DNA from: an uncultured delta proteobacterium
GTDB taxonomy: Bacteria > Myxococcota_A > Polyangia > Fen-1088
Reading direction: 5' to 3'
NCBI GenBank assembly: GCA_963737265.1
Contig: CAVTRY010000021.1
Location: 1 to 64,000, forward strand
Length of the DNA: 64,000 nt
The position numbers and the translations under genes were made by a program. The notes beneath the pieces are model-generated. The model made no database searches, was not told the origin of the DNA, and saw only the letters and a program-made list of their open reading frames with translations. Positions 11,033 through 19,905 of this stretch are shown here, piece by piece. Numbering within the stretch: position 1 is the first letter of the stretch; every line of letters starts with the position of its first letter.

Positions 11033-11437
11033 CTACTTCTTTACTTGGGACGAGCCTGGCGCACCGAAGAATGCCTTGCGCATGTCGCCGGTTTGCTTAG
11101 GCTCGACGTACCTGAAGCCATTCGGGATCTTGTAGCGAGCCCCATTGTCGAAGTCGAGCGTGATGTCGACCGGGCCTTTGTCACCCTGCGGAGTCACCAC
11201 GCTGATCTTGTTCGCGGACGAGATCACCACCTGTTCGCAGACATGCTTGCCGAACATGATGCGACCCTGGGTTTTGCCAGGCTGAAAGCCCGAGCCGACG
11301 ATGTTCACATGGTCGCCGCCCGCGGTAATCCCCTCGGGTGGCTCGACTCGCTCAACGCGAATCTTTCCGTTGTCATCGCAAGATGCCAACAAACCCAGTA
11401 CGAACAAGGCCGTCACCAGCCGATGGACACGCTTCAT
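11033..11437 (-). CDS. IPT/TIG-domain lipoprotein
   Basis: Lipobox LLASC; VEPPEG..AGG..V.I.GSGF IPT/TIG signature; GAGGAG SD. Confidence 0.8.
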   Translation of the reverse strand: MKRVHRLVTALFVLGLLASCDDNGKIRVERVEPPEGITAGGDHVNIVGSGFQPGKTQGRIMFGKHVCEQVVISSANKISVVTPQGDKGPVDITLDFDNGARYKIPNGFRYVEPKQTGDMRKAFFGAPGSSQVKK

Positions 11438-11614
11438 GTGGGCTCCTCCTCGATTCGGTCGCCACCTTAGCCCGCACGCGTCGGATGGTCAACGAAGAGT
11501 CTTGCTAACGCGACGCAAATATTACATCGCCAAGATTCCGAGCCGGACGAAGGAGTCTTAATGGACTCCTGGGATGTGCCGAGGTCGCGGCATTGGTAAG
11601 CTGCCGCCGCGCCG

Positions 11615-14600
11615 ATGCACTCCCCAGTCGCGATCCACGAGCTGCTTTCCACCCTCGAACGGGAATTCGGCGCGAAAGGCAGCCATCGCTCGATCGAGGT
11701 CTTCGGCGCCGTGCCGCCGCTCGGCTGTGCCCTGGCGGCGCACGCTGTCCGCGCGATTTGCCCCCCGAGCAATCGCGCCGGCTTTGTCCTCTATGTGGTT
11801 GCCGATGAAGACCAAGTCGAATCGCGGACAGCCGCGCTCGCGTTCTTCCTGGGAGGGCGGCCGCAGGACGACGATCCCTTGGCCCCGCCCAAGGTGATGG
11901 AGTTTCCGGCGCCGGAAAGCTCTCCTTATGCCGAAGTCCAGCCCGATCGCCGAAATGCCATGCGGCGACTGGCCGCGCTGTACAGGCTGGCCCACGGCTT
12001 GTCACCTTCCGTTTTGGTGGCGTCCGCGGCGGCGATCTTTCGCCGCGTGATTCCGCCCCGGCCATTTTCCAAGCTGTGTGGTGCGATCGAGACCGGCACC
12101 GCCATCAACCGGGATGCGTGGATCGGCGATCTCGGACGCATTGGATTCGGGCGCGCCCAGGTCGTCGACGATCCGGGAACCTTCGCCGTGCGCGGTTCGG
12201 TCATCGACGTTTTTCCGCCCCTCTACCGGCACCCGGTGCGCGTCGAGCTGTTTGGCGACGAGGTGGAGTCGCTTCGTCTTTTCGATGCAGCAACCCAGCG
12301 AACCCTGCGCCCCATCGATCGCATGGTCTTCCACCCCGTGCGCGAAACCGTCGTGACCGAGGGCGCCGATCCGCGCGAACGAATTCTGGCCGCCGCCGAC
12401 CACGCGGCCTGCCCGTTGAGCAAGGCCAGAAGCATCCTCGAACGCATCGAGGCCGGCGGGGATTTCCTGGGCGTCGAAGCGCTCGCGCCCGCCTTCCACG
12501 CCCGCATGGCGAGCTTCTTCGACTTCTTACCGGACAACACCCGATTGGTCATCGAGGATCCGGAATCGACGCTGGACCATGCCCGGCGCAATCTGGCCAG
12601 TCTGTGCGAGAACGCCCGCCGCCGCAGGGCCGAGCACCGGCTGGTCCTGGAACCGGACGAGTTTCTCTTGGACGAAGATCTGGCTCGCGCAGCACTGTAC
12701 GCGCGGCCACGCATCGAGCTTCACACCGTGGAGATTGAATCCCGAACATCCGATGCAGGCGAGACGCCACCCCTGCGTCTCCGCTTGGATGCCGTCCCGA
12801 CCAAGGGGCTGCGCGCCGAACTGCTGAGCGAACGCGGTGAAGGCGACATCGGCCATGCCTTCGCTCGCCAGGCACGGGCGTGGCTCGACAAGGACTACAG
12901 CGTCTGCATCGTCGCGCCAGGGCGTGGCCACGCCGAACGTCTCTCGGCCGTGCTGTCGGCGATGGGTCTATCTGCCACGTTGAACCCGGACGAAGACGGG
13001 CACAGTCTCGAAGCTCTCACGGAGGGCGAGGGCAAAGCCGAGCGCCTGTCGATCCTGACTGGCCCGCTTACGCATGGCTTTCACCTCGCGCGGGATCGCC
13101 TGATCGTCATCACGGAAGAGGACATCTTCGGGCCGCGTGCTCACCGCCCGCCGCCGCCAAGCCCAAATGCATCGTTCGGCGATCTGGGTGGCATCGCCGA
13201 GGGCGACCTGGTCGTGCATGACGAGCACGGCGTGGGCCGCTACCGCGGTCTCAGTAAGATCGCCATTCGCGGCGTCACCCAGGATTTTCTGCACCTCGAA
13301 TACAGCGGCGGCGCGCTTTACCTACCGGTGTACCGCGTGGGTGTCGTTCACCGCTTCGTGGGCGGCTCGCCCGAAACCGTGCGGCTCGACAAACTGGGCG
13401 GTGCGACCTGGGTGGAAAAACGGCGACGGGTGTCGGCCGAGACGCGCAAGCTTGCCGAGGAGCTGCTGCAACTCTACGCCCAGCGCCGCGCCCTGCCGGG
13501 ACATGGTTTTCCCGGCCCCGACGTCAGGTACCGGGAGTTCGAGGAGAGTTTCGCCTTCGAGGAAACCGCCGACCAGGACCGCGCCATCCGCGAGGTGCTG
13601 GCCGACATGCAGGCAGCGACCCCGATGGATCGCCTGATTTGCGGCGACGTCGGCTATGGCAAGACCGAGGTGGCTTTGCGGGCGACCCTGCTGGCCGTTC
13701 TGGGCGGCCGGCAAGTGGCGGTGCTGGCGCCCACCACGGTGCTCGTCGAACAGCACTTCATGACCTTCTGCGAGCGCTTGCGAGATTTCCCGGTGCGCGT
13801 GGCCTCGCTGTCGCGCTTTCGCCAACCGGTGGAACAAAAAGGAATCGTGCGCGAGCTGGAAGCAGGAAAGATCGACGTCGTCATCGGCACCCACCGACTG
13901 CTCTCGCGCGACGTACACTTCAACAAGCTCGGCTTGCTGGTGATCGACGAAGAGCAGCGCTTCGGCGTGACCCACAAGGAGCGCCTCAAGGAGATGCGTT
14001 CGCAGGTGGACGTGCTGACCCTGACCGCGACGCCGATCCCTCGCACCCTGCAAATGGGCTTGGCCGGTTTGCGCGAGATCTCGGTCATCGCCACGCCGCC
14101 CGCCGATCGCCTGGCCATTCGCACCTTCGTCTGCCATTTCGATCGGGAATTGCTCGGCCAGGCCATCGCCCACGAGCTGGCGCGCGGTGGCCAGGTGTTC
14201 TTCGTGCACAACCGCATCGAGGATCTGGCCAAGTGGACCAAGGAAATCCGCGCCATCGCGCCCAAGGCCCGCGTGGCCATGGCGCACGGCCAGATGACCG
14301 AGGGCAAACTGGAAAAGGTGATGATCGACTTCGTCGACGGCTGCTACGACATTCTGTGCTGCACGACCATCATCGAGTCGGGCCTCGACATTCCCCGCGC
14401 CAACACCATGATCGTCAACCAGGCCGACCGCTTCGGCCTGGCCCAGCTCTACCAGCTGCGTGGCCGCATCGGCCGTTCGCGCGACCGCGCGTTCTGCTAC
14501 CTGGTCGTTCCGTCCGACCAACGCCTGACCGCCGATGCCGCGCAGCGCCTGGCCGTCCTCCAACGCTTCACCGAGCTTGGCGCCGGATTTCAGGTCGCCA

Positions 14601-15193
14601 CCGCCGATCTCGAAATTCGCGGCGCCGGTGAATTGCTGGGAGCCAAGCAATCGGGGCTGGTGGCCGCGGTCGGCTTCGACACCTACGCGCGCATTCTCGA
14701 GGAAGCCGTGGCCGAGTTGCGCGGCCAGCCTATTCGCACCGAGCACGATCCGGAAATCTCGGTCGACGTTCCCGCCTTCCTGCCCGACGACTACATCCCC
14801 GATGCCGGCCAGCGCATGGACTTCTATCGCCGCCTGGCCCAGGCCAGCGAGGAAGACGACATCCTCGGGATCGTCACCGAGCTGGAAGACCGCTACGGCC
14901 ACCTGCCCGAAGAAGCCGAGCTGCTGCGCGAGGTGATGATCGACAAAGCACTCGTGCGCAAAATCGGAGCGCGTGGCTACGAGCTCGGATCCATGCGCCT
15001 CGTGCTCTCGCTCGGCGCCGACCCGCGTCTCGATCCGAGCAAAGTCATGAAGCTCGTCCAGACCCAGGGCAGCCGCTGGAAACTTTCGCCCGACATGCGC
15101 CTCAGCTACGCCTTCACCGAACACGAACGCAAGGATCGGATGACCACCGCCCGGGCGAAACTACAGGAAATTTGTGGGCTCGTTGCAAGCTAG
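11615..15193 (+). CDS. mfd: Transcription-repair coupling factor
   Basis: CarD-like RID (VVH..HGVGRY), GDVGYGKTEVA, DEEQRFGV, QLRGRIGR, TRCF C-terminus. Confidence 0.97.
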   Translation: MHSPVAIHELLSTLEREFGAKGSHRSIEVFGAVPPLGCALAAHAVRAICPPSNRAGFVLYVVADEDQVESRTAALAFFLGGRPQDDDPLAPPKVMEFPAPESSPYAEVQPDRRNAMRRLAALYRLAHGLSPSVLVASAAAIFRRVIPPRPFSKLCGAIETGTAINRDAWIGDLGRIGFGRAQVVDDPGTFAVRGSVIDVFPPLYRHPVRVELFGDEVESLRLFDAATQRTLRPIDRMVFHPVRETVVTEGADPRERILAAADHAACPLSKARSILERIEAGGDFLGVEALAPAFHARMASFFDFLPDNTRLVIEDPESTLDHARRNLASLCENARRRRAEHRLVLEPDEFLLDEDLARAALYARPRIELHTVEIESRTSDAGETPPLRLRLDAVPTKGLRAELLSERGEGDIGHAFARQARAWLDKDYSVCIVAPGRGHAERLSAVLSAMGLSATLNPDEDGHSLEALTEGEGKAERLSILTGPLTHGFHLARDRLIVITEEDIFGPRAHRPPPPSPNASFGDLGGIAEGDLVVHDEHGVGRYRGLSKIAIRGVTQDFLHLEYSGGALYLPVYRVGVVHRFVGGSPETVRLDKLGGATWVEKRRRVSAETRKLAEELLQLYAQRRALPGHGFPGPDVRYREFEESFAFEETADQDRAIREVLADMQAATPMDRLICGDVGYGKTEVALRATLLAVLGGRQVAVLAPTTVLVEQHFMTFCERLRDFPVRVASLSRFRQPVEQKGIVRELEAGKIDVVIGTHRLLSRDVHFNKLGLLVIDEEQRFGVTHKERLKEMRSQVDVLTLTATPIPRTLQMGLAGLREISVIATPPADRLAIRTFVCHFDRELLGQAIAHELARGGQVFFVHNRIEDLAKWTKEIRAIAPKARVAMAHGQMTEGKLEKVMIDFVDGCYDILCCTTIIESGLDIPRANTMIVNQADRFGLAQLYQLRGRIGRSRDRAFCYLVVPSDQRLTADAAQRLAVLQRFTELGAGFQVATADLEIRGAGELLGAKQSGLVAAVGFDTYARILEEAVAELRGQPIRTEHDPEISVDVPAFLPDDYIPDAGQRMDFYRRLAQASEEDDILGIVTELEDRYGHLPEEAELLREVMIDKALVRKIGARGYELGSMRLVLSLGADPRLDPSKVMKLVQTQGSRWKLSPDMRLSYAFTEHERKDRMTTARAKLQEICGLVAS

Positions 15194-15280
15194 ACTAGGC
15201 TCGCTCGGCTTCGCCACGGTGACGGTATTTCGGGCATTGGCTTTCGCGCCAATTCGCCTAAGTTGTGCCAGAATAGGAAG

Positions 15281-16954
15281 ATGCACCTGACAACGGAACG
15301 CGACTCGATTCCGAGTCCCGGACAGCGGCAACTTCTGCTTCTTGCCTGTGCGCTTGCAGCTAGCTGCGCGCAGGGTGCGTCGGGCAAGAGCCTTGGTCAG
15401 GATGGCGCAGCCAGTGGTTCCGGCGGGAACAGCAGGGGCGGATCCACAAGCATGGCGGGCACGACCGCAAGCGGCGGCGCGATAGGAAGTGGGGGCTCGA
15501 CCAAAAACGGCTCCACCGCGACGACCGGCGCGGGTGGCAACGCGGGTGCAACGGGCGAAGGCGGCAGCAGCTTGGGCGGCTCCACCGCGACGCCCGGCGC
15601 GGGCGGCAACGCGGGTGCGACGGGCGAAGGCGGCAGCAGCTCGGGCGGCACCTCCGGCACCAGGCCAGACGCGGGCAGTGACTTGCCCATGGATGCGCCC
15701 CTCGCCTGCATCGATCCCACCGTTTCCGAGGATCCCACGTTGCGCAGCCCGGCTCCCCGTCCCGATGCCGCCGCGAGCTCATGCGGAACGTGGGCTCTGA
15801 CCGATGGGGTGTGCTGCGCCCAGTATTGTGCCAACGACAACAAGTCCGAAGACTGCAGTTCGTGCGGGGGACCAGGCTCGCCCCAGTGCACCGTGGTCAA
15901 CAGCAGGGCGTGTACCTCGGGCCGCTGGCCGGAAGTCCATTGTGTCTCCGACAATGAACCCTGGCACTATTCCCGTTCGACTCATTTCGGATTGACCTCC
16001 GGCGGAGCTTGCGCGTTCGGTCTCTATGGGCTGTGCACGACGGCCTTCAACTTCACCGACAAAAGCCTGGGCACCCTCTGCGCGACGTTTTGCAAGACCT
16101 ACCCGGATCTGTGCCGTGACCCCGCAAACACCACACTACGCGGGAACTTCGCCGCCCCGCCGGGCGACTACTACACTCAATTCTGGCCCAGCCTTCCAGG
16201 AGACAACGACAACTACTTAAGCTGCGGCGAGTGTTTTCAATTGGTGCGCACCAATAAGGACGGCACCGACTATCAGCCCGGCGATGTCGGCTACACTCCG
16301 CCTATTACCCTTCAAGTGGTGGACTCCTGTCCTTGCTCGGCTAATTCCAAATGGTGCTGTGGATCGGGCCGCGACCATTGTGGCGAGGTTTCCGATTTCA
16401 AATACGGTTGTCCCCTTCCACCCGCGCCGCCGGTGCCGCCACTCGACCACGATCCGCTGCCCAACGAGAGTCTCCACCTCGATCTGTCGGACATCGCCAT
16501 GGCCCGCCTACAGACAGGCGATGCCAACGGGCAGATGTTGGATGGGGTCATCCCAACCCGCTACCGTCGCGCGCCTTGCCCGGTGACGGGCAACATCTAC
16601 ATCCTGGTGAAAAACGGCGGCACCTACTATTTCTCCTTTAGCGTGGTCAATGTTTCCGGCCTCGGATCGCTGGTGAGCGTTGAAGCTAGGCTGCCGTCCG
16701 GCGATTGGGTGTCGATGAAACGAGATCCCAATTACACGCAGGCCAGACCGCAGGAACGATTTGGCACCTGGGTACTTCCCCAAGGGGCAGGGCCATTCGC
16801 ACTGCCCTTGGCCCTGCGATTCACCGATGGATCGGGCCGCGCAATCGTGTCGGAGCAAGCGGTGAAGAGTTGGGATCCGCCCGCCACGACGGACAGCGAC
16901 CTGGCCGCTCTGTACAAAGAGTTCTACTACATCGACACCGGCGTGCAGTTCTGA
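15281..16954 (+). CDS. Expansin-like lipoprotein (Gly/Ser linker, Cys-rich domain, DPBB/GH45-like domain plus CBM63-like domain)
   Basis: Lipobox LAASC; THFG..GGACAFG, SCGECFQL, VVDSCP and HLDLS motifs; YYFSFSVVNVSGLGSLVSVE C-domain. Confidence 0.8.
   Translation: MHLTTERDSIPSPGQRQLLLLACALAASCAQGASGKSLGQDGAASGSGGNSRGGSTSMAGTTASGGAIGSGGSTKNGSTATTGAGGNAGATGEGGSSLGGSTATPGAGGNAGATGEGGSSSGGTSGTRPDAGSDLPMDAPLACIDPTVSEDPTLRSPAPRPDAAASSCGTWALTDGVCCAQYCANDNKSEDCSSCGGPGSPQCTVVNSRACTSGRWPEVHCVSDNEPWHYSRSTHFGLTSGGACAFGLYGLCTTAFNFTDKSLGTLCATFCKTYPDLCRDPANTTLRGNFAAPPGDYYTQFWPSLPGDNDNYLSCGECFQLVRTNKDGTDYQPGDVGYTPPITLQVVDSCPCSANSKWCCGSGRDHCGEVSDFKYGCPLPPAPPVPPLDHDPLPNESLHLDLSDIAMARLQTGDANGQMLDGVIPTRYRRAPCPVTGNIYILVKNGGTYYFSFSVVNVSGLGSLVSVEARLPSGDWVSMKRDPNYTQARPQERFGTWVLPQGAGPFALPLALRFTDGSGRAIVSEQAVKSWDPPATTDSDLAALYKEFYYIDTGVQF
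15509..15646 (+). repeat. Intragenic tandem duplication, 2 x 69 bp (23 aa GSTAT.GAGGNAGATGEGGSS.G)
   Basis: Near-identical units start at 15509 and 15578. Confidence 0.9.
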
Positions 16955-17120
16955 GCTCCGCCGACATTTCACTCGCGCTGGTACACATGCACGCCATGAT
17001 CGCCGGCGACGGCCAGCGTGTCATGGTCTGCTGCTAACGCCGAGCCGATCTGGGCGCCGTCGGTGGCGAGCGCGGCCAGCGGGGCAAGATCGCCGTCGTT
17101 CTCAACCTGGTACTCCCGTC

Positions 17121-17225
17121 GTGAAATCAAGGATTTGCGTCGCGTCCCTGCGTTGCTCGTCGCTCAAATACGTCGAGTATTATCGCTCCTCGCGCCTTGG
17201 GCCGCTCGCAACTTCTTGATTTCAC
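17121..17225. repeat. Long palindromic intergenic element (MITE/REPIN-like)
   Basis: GTGAAATCAAG (17121-31) and CTTGATTTCAC (17215-25) form a perfect inverted repeat, extended by TTGCG/CGCAA; core GCGTTGCTCGTCGCTC...CGCTCCTCGCGCCTTG. Confidence 0.7.
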
Positions 17226-17344
17226 TTGGTCCGTCAACCCGTTCGGTGCTCTAGTTCTGGCGGCAGACTACGATGACCCCGACCTTTTGCAGATCCGGTC
17301 TCGTGTGAGATGCGAGAGCGGTCTTCCGGGTTACCCAAAAATCG

Positions 17345-17536
17345 GTGAAGTGGGCGTCTGCGCCGGGTAACGTTCTCCTTTCTGAGAGCGCGACCGGGCT
17401 TCCCAAGGAATCGGTGGCGAACGTCTCGCAGATTGTGACTCTTCACAAGTCCGAGCTGACTGTGCGAATGGGCAAGCTGCCCAAGGCGAAACTGGAGCTT
17501 GTTCTGTCCGGCGTGGACGTGGTTCTTGGTCGGTAA
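17345..17536 (+). pseudogene. C-terminal half of a MazF/PemK toxin
   Basis: APGNVLL....TGLPKESVANVSQIVTL.K..L...G.L is a MazF C-half; in-frame stop at 17306, no N-terminal half and no antitoxin. Confidence 0.8.
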
Positions 17537-17556
17537 TTGCTCCTCAAGCTTATCGT

Positions 17557-19593
17557 TCACACCCGAACCCGTCCAAGGCCCGCCATCAACGACGTGAATT
17601 CCGGATAGGTCAGGCTCTGGTCGCCGTCGGACAGGGCCTTGTCGGGATCAGGATGGACTTCGATACACACGCCATGGGCGCCACACGCGCGGGCGGCCCA
17701 CGCCATGGGCGCCACATAGGCGCGCCGGCCGGTGCCGTGGCTGGGGTCGACAACGATGGGTAGATGCGTGCGCTCACGCAGCACCACCACCGCCGACAGA
17801 TCGAGGGTGTTGCGCGTGGCACTCTCGAAGGTCCGAATTCCGCGCTCGCACAGCACGACCTGCCCGTTGCCTTGGGCCAGGATGTATTCAGCCGCCGCCA
17901 ACCACTCCTCGATGGTGCTCGACATGCCACGCTTGAGAAGAACGGGCCTGTCCACCTTGCCGACGGCATTGAGCAGCGCGAAGTTCTGCATGTTGCGCGC
18001 GCCGATTTGCAGCATGTCCGATTTATCGGCCACGGCGCGCACCTGCTCGGGCGACATGACCTCGGTCACGATGGGCATCCCCGCCGCCTTGCCCGCCGCT
18101 GCCAGCATGTCGAGTCCTTCGAGGCCCAAGCCCTGAAATGCGTAGGGTCCAGTGCGCGGCTTGAACACGCCGCCACGCAAGATGTGCGCGCCCTTGTCGC
18201 GTACGTGGAGCGCGGTCTTCTCAATCATCTCGGCCGACTCGACCGAGCATGGCCCAGCCATGACGACGAAACCGTCGCCGCCAATGAGGATATCGCCGAC
18301 CCGAACCAGCGTGTCCTCGGAGCGCGTCGCTCGGTCTGCCAGCTTGTAGTGTTTGGAGGCGCGCACCGCCGGTTTGGCCGGCGCTGGGACAGCCGAAGCC
18401 TCGCTGGGCGCGACCGGCGCAGCGGGCTTCAGCTCCGACGCCTGTGCCTCCAGCGGCGTGGCCTTGGCCGGGTAGCACCCCAGCACCTTGAGATAGAGCG
18501 CCTCGGTGCGCAGGGCTTCGAGCGCGGCAGCCACGCGCGGCTCGACCACGTTGCCTTCGAAGTCGATGAAGAACATGTACTCCCAAGGCCGATTGGGACG
18601 CGGCCGCGATTCCAGCTTGGTCAGGGAAAGGCCGTACTCGCCCAGCACCTGCAGACAGCGCAGAAGCGCACCCTTCTCGTGCCTGGTCGACAGAATCAGG
18701 CTGGTCTTGCACAGCACGCGCTCGTCGACGGGCAAGGGCGCACGCGCCAGCGCCACGTAGCGCATGAGAATCTCGTCCTGGTTGCCGATGTCGCTGCGAA
18801 GAATGGCGAGTCCGTGCGCGCGTGCCGCCTCGGGCGAGCCAATCGCCGCCAGCGTGGGATCCTTGGACTCGGCCACCACACGCATGGCATCGCGCGAATC
18901 CGCAAAGGGCGCGGTCTGGACCTGCGCCAGGCTGTCGATGAACGCCGAACACTGCTCAAGCGCGAGCGGATGGGACGAGATCCGGCGCAGCGCCGGCAGT
19001 GGAACATCCGACATCGCGGCCAGGCACAGCTCGACCTTGAACGAATCCTCGCCCACGATGTGCAGGTCGCGCTCGCGAAGCACGTCGTAGACCTGATTCA
19101 TGCTGCCCGCGATGGTGTTCTCGATGGGTAGGAAGGCCAGATCCGCCTGTCCCGAAACGAGGTGCTCGATGACCTGGGTGAGCGAGGCCAGCCCAACGAA
19201 GCGGCCGGTAAGTCCTTGGCTAGCGACGTACTGCTCCGCCGCAAGCTGGTTGTAGGTGAGCGGTTGGCCCTGGTAGGCGAGTGTGATGTTGCTGCGCTCG
19301 CTGTCGACCAGCGAGGCGACCTGGCGACTGACCGAGTAGCCGATGATTTCGGAAAAGATTTTGCGCGCGAGCGGCCCCGAGACGCCGAGAGAGTTGGCCA
19401 GCGTTTCGACCCGCGCCAGCACCTCGCGCTCGCGTTCGGTATCGCGAATCGCCGTCGCGCGCTCGGCCTTGGCCTTGGAGATGAGCCCCACGGTTTCGAG
19501 GCGGCGGGCGAGCAGCCGAACGATCTCGTCGTCGGTTTTGTCGAGTTGTTGGCGCAGTTCGGTGAGGGCTGGCGTGGGCGGCGTGGTGCTCAT
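17557..19593 (-). CDS. Chorismate mutase / prephenate dehydratase-ACT / DAHP synthase (type I-beta) triple fusion
   Basis: LR..LD..D..IV.LL..R (AroQ); [21 protein letters not shown] (PDT/ACT); [27 protein letters not shown] (DAHP synthase). Confidence 0.92.
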   Translation of the reverse strand: MSTTPPTPALTELRQQLDKTDDEIVRLLARRLETVGLISKAKAERATAIRDTEREREVLARVETLANSLGVSGPLARKIFSEIIGYSVSRQVASLVDSERSNITLAYQGQPLTYNQLAAEQYVASQGLTGRFVGLASLTQVIEHLVSGQADLAFLPIENTIAGSMNQVYDVLRERDLHIVGEDSFKVELCLAAMSDVPLPALRRISSHPLALEQCSAFIDSLAQVQTAPFADSRDAMRVVAESKDPTLAAIGSPEAARAHGLAILRSDIGNQDEILMRYVALARAPLPVDERVLCKTSLILSTRHEKGALLRCLQVLGEYGLSLTKLESRPRPNRPWEYMFFIDFEGNVVEPRVAAALEALRTEALYLKVLGCYPAKATPLEAQASELKPAAPVAPSEASAVPAPAKPAVRASKHYKLADRATRSEDTLVRVGDILIGGDGFVVMAGPCSVESAEMIEKTALHVRDKGAHILRGGVFKPRTGPYAFQGLGLEGLDMLAAAGKAAGMPIVTEVMSPEQVRAVADKSDMLQIGARNMQNFALLNAVGKVDRPVLLKRGMSSTIEEWLAAAEYILAQGNGQVVLCERGIRTFESATRNTLDLSAVVVLRERTHLPIVVDPSHGTGRRAYVAPMAWAARACGAHGVCIEVHPDPDKALSDGDQSLTYPEFTSLMAGLGRVRV

Positions 19594-19648
19594 TGGCGAG
19601 CGACAGTCTAGCATTTCCGACCGTCACGATGCCCGCCAGCCGCCACGG

Positions 19649-19861
19649 CCCTGATCACGCGACCGCCCCACAGGGTCGTGGCCGTAAACGTGGTCATGGC
19701 CGTGGCCGTGGCCGGATGATCACCGTCGGCCACGGCCACGGCGACGACCAGGACCACGTCCACGACCACCACCGATCGCTCCCATGGTGCGTGGCTCGAT
19801 CCTGGAAAGGTCTGTCCTGAAGGACTTTTCCGCGACGTCGCTGCGCTATCGCGGGATGAGG
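19649..19861 (-). mobile_element. MITE-like element, copy D (full-length, diverged)
   Basis: Reverse complement aligns along its length with 55552-55761; degenerate TIRs CCCTGATCACGCGA and TCGCGGGATGAGG; flanks CACGG and CACGA. Confidence 0.72.
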
Positions 19862-19905
19862 CACGACCGAACCGCGACCGAACCACGACGACGTCCGTCG
19901 GCCCG

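Noticed and set aside
13322-15124. 600-aa antisense ORF inside mfd, and similar antisense ORFs over tldD, leuA, the DAHP synthase fusion and the TonB receptor
   Set aside because: Mirror frames of strongly GC3-biased genes; no motifs.
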